Assembly (NCBI GenBank): GCA_038087875.1
Contig: JAXLNO010005981.1
Span: forward strand, 62,001-109,616
Source: Malacoraja senta
Taxonomy: Eukaryota
DNA: 47,616 bases
Direction of reading: 5' to 3'
The notes beneath the pieces are model-generated. The model made no database searches. It was given only the letters and a program-made list of their open reading frames with translations, and was not told the DNA's origin. Positions 36,063 to 47,242 of this stretch are shown here, piece after piece. The position numbers were made by a program, and so were the translations under genes. Within the stretch, counting starts at the first letter, position 1. Each line of letters opens with the position of its first letter.

Positions 36063-39000
36063 GATTTTGTATTTTTTAAAGAATGAATGGGAACAAAATG
36101 ATCAAAAATGAATTGGCAGTCAAAGTAATACAAGGTTGTAGTAGAGACAAGTGTGAAGGAACAGGCCACTCTGCCGATCCTGCCAATACTGGTGCATATG
36201 GTCCACATGACCCTCTTCCCACCTTATGCGATCTGCAACATGGTTGGCAAGTCTATGCTGGATTCTCCAATGTAGAACCGACTATTCTTTTCTCTTTTGT
36301 GTTTGCCCAGCCTTCCCCTAAATGCAATTCATTGATCTGGATCCTCATTCTCACCTGTATTGGGTGGGAGGGGAGGAGAGGGAGCATTCTCTGTCGAATT
36401 CCCTGCTGGATTTTATGGTGGAAAAGTTTTCACCATAGTGATTCATTTAAAAGCTTTATGTATTTTAATATCACCCTTCAGCCACTTCTCAAAGGGGTGG
36501 AGGGCAGGGGGTGGACGACTTACCCAGGGACATTTGATGACCGTGTTTTGTTTATTTTACCCAAACATTTTTTAATATAGATTAATATAGTATTTTTTTT
36601 TGTATCTTGGGTAAGCACATTGAAATAGCAATGGATGGCGTGTTCAGAAAATTATTTCTGATTTGTCCTCGCTTTGTGAACACCAAACCAATGTATGCAT
36701 CTGCAAAAAGGCATTGGCACCAGGGTCTCAGTTCCTTTTAAGCATCCCAGTTATCATGTTCTTCAATGCAGAGGAAATGTGGCCACGATAAATACAAAAA
36801 TGTTGAAATGCAGAATATAAAAGTAATAGGAATTCAGGCATTTGAGCCTCAACTATTATTCCATGTGATCAATTGTGACCTAAAATTTATACCTTGATCC
36901 TTTTATTTCTCTGATCCTTTGACCATACAAATAACATATAACTCCTTGTATAAATTCAATGATCTGTGTTCAACTGCTTCCAGTGGTATAACATTCCACA
37001 CCTTCATCATTCTGTGGGAGAAGTAATCGCTCTTCATCTCAACTTGAAGCCTGATCATCAGATTGTGACCACTGGGTCCTGAACTGACCGGATTTCCCTC
37101 TTGAATATATGTATGCGTACTTTTCTACACATATATGTGTGTGTGTGTATATATATATATATATGTGCACATTGATTTTGTTTTTCTCTTTCTCGTTTTT
37201 CATATTGTTTACCATGTACTATGTTTACATATTCCATTGTGCTGCAGCGAGTAAGAATTTCATTATATTATCTGGGACATATGACAATAAAATACTCTTG
37301 ACTCTCTTCAATCTGTACAGACCCATAAGAATGTTGTAGTTGATTTTGAATGGTCCTAATCACAATGTAAAACTAATCGCCCAAATCGCCCTTCATACAT
37401 TAGTCCTCCCATCCCTGAAATCTGATCAACCTTCACGGCACTCCCTCCATAACAAGAACATTCTTCTTAAGATCAGGAGACTAAAATTGCAGATGCCATG
37501 GTCTTGGCAAGCACATTTCTCAGAATAACATGATGTATCTTTAGAAAGGGATAAGGAGGAATCTCAAGAGTCAGAGGGTGGTGAATCACATATTAAGTTC
37601 TTGGAGCTCTGGAAAATTATCAATCTTTGAATGGAAGAATGGATAGGGAGGCTGCTCACTTTGCTAGAGGGTTTGAGAGTGGACAAGGAATTATATGCAA
37701 CGTGCATTTGGAATGTCAAGTGTATGGCACGTAGATGTTGTGTAATTGGCTCCATTATGCCCTTAGTGCATTGGAAAAGGTAAACGGGGTTTTCACCTAA
37801 GATGACATTTTCTGCTAACTGCACTTTATGGTAAGCAAGTAGGCTGGCTTTGGGAAACAATTAGATGATTGAGGGCTCACTTAGAATAACTGGGAAATGA
37901 TGGAGCAGCCTACAAGGATATTTACAGTGTAGCTAAAGGATAAGTTAAACCTTTCTTTTCTCCGAGACATGCAAGAATAGCTCGGTGCTTGATTTAATGC
38001 AGAACCTTTGAAGGACAGTGGCTGGGCCTGCAAGATCTCCACACCAGCCATCATAAATAGGAGTCTCCAATGGGAAGAAGACTGTGAGACTTGATGGTAT
38101 TTGCCACGGCTTCTATCATTTAACACATTGAGCTGAAAGCCATGAGATTCGTTGCTTTTTTAATGCTTTGTATTGTAATTTGACGTAATAAAGATAGTCA
38201 TTTGTACCCTTGAAATTTTCTTTCTCCGTTCATTGATCCAAATCCTATTTATGTTTCATCACAAAGAGAGAATTGGATAAACTAATTGTGAGCAAAAACA
38301 TGCAAAACTACAGTCTAAGGGCTGGGGTTGAACAAGTGATTTTCTCCAGTAGAGAGGTGGCATTGGCCTGATAGGATGAATGGTCTCCATCAGCACAGTA
38401 AACATTTAAATGATCCATTGATTTGTATTTATCATCGTATATCAAATAAACTTAGGGATACGGAAGGAGAAATATTTTGGCCTGTTTATATGGTGCAAAA
38501 TAACCCACCCCAGAACAATAAATAGTTGTGAATTTACACTTAATATTACCTGTCACTGAAGCAGAGTGCAGAGGTTCTCAAATTCATTTAAGAAATAGTA
38601 TTAAGGCGACTGTATAGAAAATGGTGGGTATTGCTTGGCAGCAAGATGGGAGTAGTATTGTAGTGGTTGTGATGAGGTGTTTTGATGCCAGTGATCATAA
38701 TTTAGCATGATTAAAGTAGCAATGTACACTAGGAACGCAGGTTTGCAGCTGAGGTGAAAACATTTCCAAGACTGCAACATAATTTAACAGAAATGTAATA
38801 CAAAATGTAATAAAATAGGGCAATTAAATGGTGACAGTTAACAGATCTCTGGGGATACTAGAAACTGCAGATATTGGATCGTTGAGCAAAACTGTTGGAG
38901 GAACACAGTGGGTCAGGCCACATCTGTGGGATGGAATGAACCAACGACAATTCAGGCTGGAACTCTTGTTCAGACTGGTGACTTCAAAACGTTGTCAGTC

Positions 39001-39309
39001 GATTCCCACCACAGATGCTGCCTGACCCACTGAATTCTTCATGCACTTTGTTTTTAACACACCAGCTGGAAAGAGTCCAGAGAAGATTTACAAGGAGACT
39101 TGATAGTGGCATTTGAAGTCTTTAGAAAGGCATAGATATGCAGGGAAAGGATGGATATGGAACATGTGTTGGTGGAGGAGATTAGTTCAACTTGGCATCA
39201 CGTTTGGAACAGAAGGTGTGGCCCCAAGGGCCTGTTCCAATGCTGAACTGTTCTGCAAGTCACTGAGTCTCTGTTCAGGGAGGGTGAGGTTGAGAAGGCT
39301 CTGATTTCA

Positions 39310-39960
39310 ATAGAAAATAGGTGCAGGAGTAGGCCATTCGATCCTTCGAGCCAGCACCGCCATTCAATGTGATCATGGCTGATCATCCCCAATCAGTACC
39401 CCGTTCCTGCCTTTCCCCATATCCCCTGACTCCACTATTTTTAAGAGCCCTATCTAGCTCTCTCTTGAAAGCATCCACTGCCCTCTGAGGCAGAGAATTC
39501 CACAGACTCACCACTCTCTGTGAGAAAAAGTGTTTCCTCGTCTCCGTTCTAAATGGCTTACTCCTTATTCTTAAACTGTGGTCCCTGGTTCTGGAAATGT
39601 GGCCCCTGGTTCTGGATTTCATTCCTTAGAGTGCAAAGGATGGGGTGATCTGAAAGAGGTTTACAAAATTATGTGAGCAATCAATCAGGTAAATGCTCTT
39701 GAGTTTTTGCCCACAATAGGGGACTCGAGAACCAGAGGATATAGATTTACGGTGAGAGGTGGTGAGTGTGGAGATTTAATAGGAACCTGGGATAACATTT
39801 TTAACACAAAGAGTGGTGGGTATATGGAACGAGCTGCAGAGGAGGAGGTTGAGACAGGTACTATCATAACAATAAATATACAATTGGACAGGTACATGCA
39901 TAGATAGGTTTAAGGGGTTATGAGCCAAGCGTGGGAGTTGGGACTAATGTAGATGGGGCA
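39310..39960. mobile_element. Two CR1 3' ends in opposite orientation (~39310-39600 on -, ~39605-39960 on +)
   Basis: ORF 39383-39622 reads RTRDHSLRIRSKPFRTETRKHFFSQRVVSLWNSLP and ORF 39707-39907 reads SRTRGYRFTVRG; both are CR1 ORF2 C-termini. Confidence 0.85.
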
Positions 39961-40165
39961 TGCTGTGCCGAAAAGCCCGTTTCGACGCAGTCTTACTAGG
40001 GGCAATTTACAAAGGGCAATTAACCGATAAACCTGCACGAGTTTGGAATGTGGGTGGAGACCAGCGCCCGGAAGAAAACCCACGTACGACGTTCACACAG
40101 ACAGCGTCCGTAGTCGGGATCAAACCCGGGTCTCTGACGCTGCGAGGCATCCGTTCGACTGCTGC
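39961..40165 (-). mobile_element. HE1-type SINE (partial)
   Basis: ggggcaatttacaaagggcaattaacc core and reverse B-box gggatcaaacccggg. Confidence 0.65.
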
Positions 40166-41047
40166 GAATTTGTTTGTATTTTCTGATTTAAATCAAAGAT
40201 GTTGGTATAGATATGAGTTCCATGTTTAGGAAATGTGTGAATGTCAGCAAATGTTGTTTGCAGGTGTAGTATTAGCAAGATGTAAACTGCCTTGACATTC
40301 AATAACATTACCAAGCTAACTCCTCCGCCATCAATCTCTGTTCAAATAATAATTGAATCACCGTCTTTTTGACCAGACAGTAGGACTCGCGTGAACTTGG
40401 AAGCTGCAGGGAAAATGACTAATTTGGACTGGTGTTACTTTTGGCCACTGAATGGGAGATTATAATCATTTTCCTCTGGACGGTGGAATCAACACACTTT
40501 CGCTTTCCAAGCGGGCAATTAGTGCTGTTCTCCCTTTGAAATCTACCGTGTAAAAATAGCACCTGCAGATCAAGATCCAAATTGACCGCCTTTCTGATTT
40601 GGAAATATGTCCTGATCCTCAGTATTGCAAATGCGGAATCGCCCCACGCGGACAGAATATTGTACTGGCGCATGGAGTCTTCAGCGGTGGAAAAAAAGAT
40701 GGCTCTTCACTGTAGATGAAATGTGCATGTACCTTTAACATAGTGACCTCACCACTACTAACCACTCCCCACATCACTGGTATAATTACAACCTTCCCCA
40801 CCCAGTTCTCTCTCTCTCTGGTTCCAGTGACAGACCACGGACAGCTAGGGCAGCAAAGTATGTTTATTATGAACAAACAGTAGTAACGATACAGTGCATT
40901 ATGACCCATCTTTACATTCACCACGTAGTCAAAGGCAAAAAGGAAATGTTAATACAACCTTGCTACCTGCTTAAAATAAACACTGGGTGCTGCAATCGAT
41001 AGATACAAACGTGTTGGTTTATTATTGACACGGGTAACTAGATACAG

Positions 41048-41666
41048 TGAAAACCCTTTGCGTGGTATTCTGCCAAATCATACTATGCATGAATACAATT
41101 AAGCCATACATAAGTGTGAGATGCAAAATCACAAACGCTTTTAGAGACAAAGTCGGCAAAGAAGCTTTTTATTTAAATCATATTCTGCAGATAGGTGCCT
41201 CTCCTCTGATGTCCCCTAGAGGCACACCGAGGATCGGGATGTCTTCTATCTTTATACATTTCATGGGTATCATTGTCACACCCTCATCCATCCCCATTGT
41301 GCTTCTTCCAATCATAACATAAAGCCCACATCCACGAGAATGTCCTGGAACGTCCACCCGACGTCAAAGACACCTCCCGTATCATGCATCGCATGTGCAT
41401 TTAAATGAGACATCTTGTCATAGTGGGTGTGTGTACATATTCATGTAAGTTCATTAGGCATGCACAGATATGTTTGACCTTATGTACTTTCTCTCTTTCT
41501 ACTTCTCAAATCTTCTGCTGAATTTGCTACTTTTTATCTAGAATTTCTCTCTGTTCTATATATCGTTATTTTCTATTTTACCAGCAGTCTGGGCTTCTGC
41601 TGACACCACAAGCCATTTTTCTATCCCTAGTCTAAATCAACCATGTCTGTTAACTCTTTCCTCACA
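41048..41666 (-). mobile_element. ERV 3' LTR (~619 bp) preceded by a polypurine tract
   Basis: On the minus strand it starts TGTGAGGAAA directly after the PPT aaaaaagaaaagggtggat (41667-41685). TATA-like tataaa at ~41250, AATAAA at ~41167-41172, ends ..ttttCA. Confidence 0.8.
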
Positions 41667-41699
41667 ATCCACCCTTTTCTTTTTTGCTACGCAACTTTG

Positions 41700-43600
41700 A
41701 TTTATATTATCTTCCTTTCTAATGCTAGCAGCAGATCTTCGCCTCCCTATCCCCCTCTCGTTGGTATACTGTGTTCTGAAAGCCATCATGGTGGCGGCCC
41801 TGTTCTTTGTCAGGGCTGTTTCTATCAATCGCTGAGCCAATCCCCGTACGCAGGGAATCATACAACATCCGAACAAACACAGTAACCCCACCATGACTAC
41901 CACTGATGTTAGAGCTGAGGTAAAGATGTGCTTCCATTTCCCAAACCAGGATTCTAGAAACCCAGTCCAGGAGTTGTCTACTCCAGAGTTCTCTGCCAAT
42001 TCGATAGTCAGAGAGGTGAGACCTGCTAGGGCTCTTGGACACTGACCATCCGGAGCAGTGTTGTTGGGATGAATGTGCAACATTGTTCGCCAAACATTAC
42101 ACACACCCCTCCCTTCTCAGCCAGTAGCATGTCCAAGGCCATGCGATTTGCCAGGCCATTTTGGCTGGTAGCTGTCAGTTGTTCCGCTAATCCTTCAACT
42201 GCATCCGAGTGTAATTTATAAAGCGTTGTTGATTGTAGTATAGGTAGTTGATCCAGTCCACATTTTTATTAATTGTGGACCACCAGAAGAGCATGGACTC
42301 AAAGCCCGCAGCTATCTGGTTTCTGGCTTTGAATTCATCGGGTACCCCTCTTGTCACCCCTATGCATCTATATATATATGTGTGTGTCGAATGATCCTTT
42401 CACCCCTCTCTTTTGTTGTTGGCTTCCTTCATTGAGTTCTGCAGCATGTTCTACTGCTATGGTGAAGGGCTCATCAGTTGTGTGAGGGTACAGGTTCCCG
42501 TCCATGACCCAGTAACCGGGGCCACAGGGTATTCTCCCCGCACCACCACCAGACATCGGCTCTACTGACTATCTGTTTTTTTTTAGCCAGGAGCTATTGA
42601 ACAGTGGTCCCTGTTCCTCAGCCGTTATGTTATACGTCTGATTGCAGTTGAGCACCTTCCCCATATCCTGTCCCTCTGGGTTATTTTCTTGTATAGCACT
42701 CAAACCCCTCCTCCCCCAGAGGACTGGTAAATGGAGGAGGTCGAGGGTCTTCCCTTCGGCCCTTCGTATTGTGTTGCTGGTCGGAAATAGGTAATGATAA
42801 CTCTGGCATATCACATTCTTTGGTAAGAGGGGATTCGTGAATAGCTGTAGTATACATGACATAGCCCTAGGTGTTCTATTCCAATTCAGGGGAAATGGTA
42901 CTGGACCAGCTGAGGCCAACTCCGGCGCAGGTGTAACAATTGGTTCATTGCATACGTCTGGCTGTGTACATCATCCAGGCAAGCCATGGTGTTGGCTCCT
43001 TTTCCCCCTGTTTGGTATTCCCTTTCTCATATAACTGCCTTAATCCTGTTTCTCCTTCTACTATCATTATATTCAGATCCTTAGACTCATTCTCCCTGTG
43101 ACTTTGCTGACTACCGGTGGTGCTGGTGTTGCCCCGGGATCCCTATTCTGACTGTCATCTATCTTCAACACCTTTCCCCTATCCTCGTATCTTACCATCT
43201 CCCATCCCGCTTCACTTCTATCTCAAACTTCAGACATGTGTCCTTCCCTGTTTTATCTGCACATATCCAATACCTACCACTTCCTGCATTTGAACACTCT
43301 GTATGCTCACATATATACGTCCTGGCAATTTCTCGTTCGGGTTTTGATATATTTTCCACCTATCAGTTTGATAGGTGGTTCGATGCCACCCATATTTTGA
43401 TGAAGTAAACACCGCGTGCCAATTTCTACAGGATGGGTGCATACATACATTCTATAGCCACACCACCATTTTCTTTTACATACATTAAATGGGATGGTGG
43501 TGGGCCTTCTATTCTGTGGTATTGTGATTTTTATACATGTTATATTACTCACGAGTTGGGTAACCACCCAACACACGACCCACCAACACAAAATCTTCAT
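41700..43600 (-). pseudogene. env: ERV envelope (gamma-type env, fish ERV1/epsilon-like), frameshifted
   Basis: Signal peptide MKILCWWVVCWVV at 43600, cleavage QKR|GV at ~42405, ISD NRMALDMLLAEKGGV with CX6CC (CVMFGEQCC) at ~42080-42150, and TM/cytoplasmic VGLLCLFGCCMIPCVRGL. Confidence 0.9.
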
Positions 43601-43905
43601 TTTCCCGCGGGTTCTTGGTAAATATTAAAGTCAATGGTTCCTCTCCTTTGCGCACAGTCCACGGGCTGATATTGTCTGGTGGGGCCTCCACAGGACCCTT
43701 AACTCGACTTGCGTGTGTCCACCTTTCTCTTTTGTTCGTACTGCCGTCTCGGTGATTAGTAACACCAGGTAGGGTCCAGTCCACTTAGGTTGCAGCTTTT
43801 CTTCTTTCCACGTTTTTATTAATACCCAGTCTCCAGCCTTGACTGAGTGTATCGGGAAGTCCAGTGGTGGGCTCTGGGCCAGCAATCCTTTAATTTTTAG
43901 TTCTA
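43590..43905 (-). pseudogene. pol: ERV pol 3' end (integrase C-terminal GPY/F region)
   Basis: GDWVLIKTWKEEKLQPKWTGPYLVLLITETAVRT...WTHASRVK. Confidence 0.85.
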
Positions 43906-44603
43906 TATCATGCATCGCATGTGCATTTAAATTAGGTATCTTGTCATAGTGGGTGTGTGTACATATTCATGTAAGTTCATTAGGCATGCACAGATATGTT
44001 TGACCTTATGTACTTTCTCCCTTTCTACTTCTCAAATCTTCTGCTGAATTTGCTACTTTTTATCTAGAATTTCTCTCTGTTCTATATATCGTTATTTTCT
44101 ATTTTACCAGCAGTCTGGCTTCTGTTGACACCCCAAGCCATTTTTCTATCCCTAGTCTAAATCAACCATGTCTGTTAACTCTTTCCTCACAATCCACCCT
44201 TTTCTTTTTTGCTACGCAACCTTTGATTTCTACTATCTTCCTTTTTTAATGCTAGCAGCAGATTCTTCGCCTCCCTATCCCCTCTCGTTGGTTATACTGT
44301 GTTCTGAAGGCCATCATGGTGGCGGCCCTGTTCTTTGTCAGGGCTGTTTCTATCAATCGCTGAGCCAATCCCCGTACGCAGGGAATGATACAACATCCGA
44401 ACAAACACAGTAACCCCACCATGACTACCACTGATGTTAGAGCTGAGGTAAAGATGTGCTTCCATTTCCCAAACCAGGATTCTAGAAACCCAGTCCAGGA
44501 GTTGTCTACTCTAGAGTTCTCAGCCAATTTGATAGACAGAGAGGTGAGACCTGCTAGGGCTCTTGACACTGACCCATCCGGAGCAGTGTTGTTGGGGATG
44601 AAT
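43906..44603 (-). repeat. Second copy of ERV env 3' end + PPT + partial U3 (duplicate of 41380-42074)
   Basis: Direct ~0.7-kb repeat. The second LTR start is at 44191, and it is truncated at 43906 where it fuses to pol. Confidence 0.92.
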
Positions 44604-44645
44604 CGCCCGTTCACACACGCGCGGTGAGGGCGTGCGTGTGTGCGG

Positions 44646-44951
44646 GCACACAATACTTCAGGTGTGGTCTCACCAGGGCCCTGTACAACTGCAGAAGGAC
44701 CTCTTTGCTCCAATACTCAACTCCCTCTTGTTATAAAGGCCAACAGGCCAAAACTGCACACAATACTCCAGGTGTGGTCTCACCAGGGCCCTGTACAACT
44801 GCAGAAGGACCTCTTTGCTCCAATACTCAACTCCTCTTGTTATAAAGGCCAACAGGCAAAACTGCACACAATACTCCAGGTGTGGTCTCACCAGGGCCCT
44901 GTACAACTGCAGAAGGACCTCTTTGCTCCTGTACTCAACTCCTCTTGTTAT
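44646..44951. repeat. Tandem array of a ~110-bp CR1-derived unit; a further unit lies at 46293-46393
   Basis: Unit starts at 44646, 44756 and 44864. The minus strand encodes LAFITRGVEYWSKEVLLQLYRALVRPHLEYCVQFW (CR1 RT). Confidence 0.9.
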
Positions 44952-46292
44952 TCAGATTCAGATTCAGATTATTTAATGACCACACAGTCAAGCTGGTGGA
45001 ATTCATGTTCAGTACAGGATGTTACACAATAGGCTGATTCCTGTCAAACATAACATAAAACACAACAACATACAGTATACAGTACATGCACGAGGTGGCT
45101 AAGTGATGTTGTCATAGAGTGTTCAGATTTCGAATTGCATATGGGTAGAAACTGTTTTTAAATCGTGATGTTTTGGCGGGCAGTGAGCTGTAGCGCCTTC
45201 CTGACGGCAGCAGGTGGAAGATGTGGTGAGCTGCGTGGGAGGGATCAGAAATTATTTTATTCACCCTTGACACAGACCGTTGAGATTGAGTGATTCTATT
45301 GATGGGAGGGAAGTGCTGATGATTTTGGATGCTTTGTTGACAATGCGCTGTAGTTTATTACGGAGTGAGTGTCTAAACTGCTGTACCAAACTGTTATTGA
45401 TGAAGTGAGCATGCTTTGGATGATGGCTGTGTAAAATCGGATTAGGAGATGTTTCCTCACTCTGACTTCTTGAGCTGACGGAGAAAGAAAAGTCTTTGTT
45501 GGCTTTTTTATAAATGTGATCTGAATTGATTTTCCATTTGAGGTTATTGCTTATGTGAGTGCCAAGAAATTTGAATGAGTCAGTGGTGGATATGGGTTCG
45601 CCAGAGATGAGTAGGGGGGTCTTGGGTTGTGCCTTACGTCTGAGATCAATGATAAGTTCATGTGTTTTTGATGTGTTGAGTAGGAGGTTATTATCTGCTT
45701 TGTTTGTTTGAGTGCGGTATTCTGTTTCGTTGTTGTTAGAGATGAGACCTATGATGGTTGTGTCATCTGCGTATTTATATATTTTAACTGAACTATACTG
45801 GGATGTGAGTTGATTTGTGTAGAGTGAGAATAACCAGGGTGACAAGACGCAACCCTGAGGGGCTCCTGTACTGAGGTGCAGAGGGTGAGATATGGTGTTA
45901 TGTATCTTCACCCTCTGTTGTCTGTTCCAAAGGAAGCTAAGATCCAATGACAGACGCAGGGGTCAATGTTCATGTCCGTTAATTTATGGAAAAGTTTGAC
46001 CGGGTTGATGAGTTGAATGCCGAACTGTAGTCCATGAACAGGATGCGGGCGTAAGTGTTGGCGGTTTCCAGGTGTTGCAGTGTGTGATGGATGGCCAGGT
46101 TGACTGTGTCTTCTACTGACCTGTTTGCTCTATGTGCGAATTGATGTGGGGCCATGTTGGAGGAAGTGCTGGTTTTGAGGTGAGCGAGAATAATGCGCTC
46201 AATGACTTCATGGCCACAGATGTAAGGGCAATCGGTCTGTAATCATTGAGGCAGGATGTTGTGTTAGACTTGGGCACAGGAATGATGGTGGA
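44951..46292 (-). mobile_element. 5'-truncated Rex1/Babar-like LINE inserted in the CR1-derived array
   Basis: ORF 45261-45947 contains STGAPQGCVLSPWLFSLYT, KYADDTTIIGLI and LNTSKTHELIIDLR. (attcag)n tail at ~44951-44970. ttat occurs at both junctions. Confidence 0.88.
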
Positions 46293-46494
46293 TTATGAAG
46301 GCCAACAGGCCAAAACTGTACACAATACTCCAGGTGTGGTCTCACTAGGCCCTGTACAACTGCAGAAGGACCTCATGCTCCTATACTCAACTCTTTCTCT
46401 GTTTTCTTTAGTGGTCTTTCCAAATAAAATGAAAACCATATTTTACACTTTGTGGACACCTTGATGTTTGAATTATGTTCTTCAACCAGTTTAG

Positions 46495-46808
46495 TCTAGT
46501 TTAGTTTAGAGATACAGTACAGAAACAGCCCTTCGGCCCCACCGAGTCCGTGCTGACCAGCGATGCCCGCACACTAACACTATCCTACACACACACACAG
46601 GGGGACAATTTACAAACTTTACCAGAAACCAATTAACATGCAAACCCGCACATCTTTGGAGTGTGATAGAAAAACAGAGCGCCCGGAGAAATCCCACACA
46701 GGTCACGGGGAGAGAACTTGCAAACACCGCACAGACAGCACCCGTGGTCGGGATGGAACCGGGGTCTCTGGCGCCGTGAGGCGGTAACTCTACCGCTGGG
46801 TCACCGTG
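46495..46808 (-). mobile_element. HE1-type SINE, full length
   Basis: Reverse complement has head cacggtgacccagcggtagag (A-box) and ggttccatccc (B-box). (gttta)n tail. Confidence 0.85.
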
Positions 46809-46847
46809 ACGACCCGAGAGGGAGGGAGAGGTGGATACTTCTCTCAC

Positions 46848-46985
46848 CCTCTCTCTCTCTCTCTCTCTCTCCCTGCTTCTCTATCTCTCTCTCTCCTGCC
46901 TCTCACTCTCCCCCCCCCCCTCTCCCTCTCTCTCTCTCCCTCTCTCTCTCCCTCCATCCCTCCATCCCCCCCTCCTTTGTTCTCT
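46848..46985. repeat. (CT)n / polypyrimidine simple repeat
   Basis: Directly visible. Confidence 0.9.
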
Positions 46986-47029
46986 CCATTCCACCCTCAA
47001 TGCCCCAAAAAACAACAACAAAACACCCG

Positions 47030-47204
47030 GAACCAAAACTGCGGGCGTTTCGCCCTCCACCCGGAGGCCTGAGACCCGCCGTCCCACTTTGCCAGCGCCG
47101 GTGCGCCGCCCTAAACCGTCCCCCCTTTCCCCGGAAGCGCCTTTGTGGACGAGAGGTTCGCCACCCGACCGGAAGTGGTGCGGGAATCCAGCTGTGAAGA
47201 GCAG
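47030..47204 (+). promoter_or_regulatory. CpG-rich promoter / non-coding first exon of an unidentified gene
   Basis: CpG-dense, with ETS sites ccggaagc (47131-47138) and ccggaagtg (47169-47177), GC boxes, and a consensus donor cag|gtaagg at 47204/47205. Confidence 0.55.
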
Positions 47205-47242
47205 GTAAGGATAAAAGCGCTGTCATGCAGCGGGAGGCAGCA

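Noticed and set aside
38550-38609. Minus-strand 60-bp segment with good acceptor and donor
   Set aside because: All three frames contain stops and there are no partner exons; at most a non-coding exon.
40380-40760. Unique-looking segment with 84-101 aa ORFs and possible splice sites
   Set aside because: No recognisable domain in any frame. A tBLASTx or RNA-seq check would be needed before calling it.
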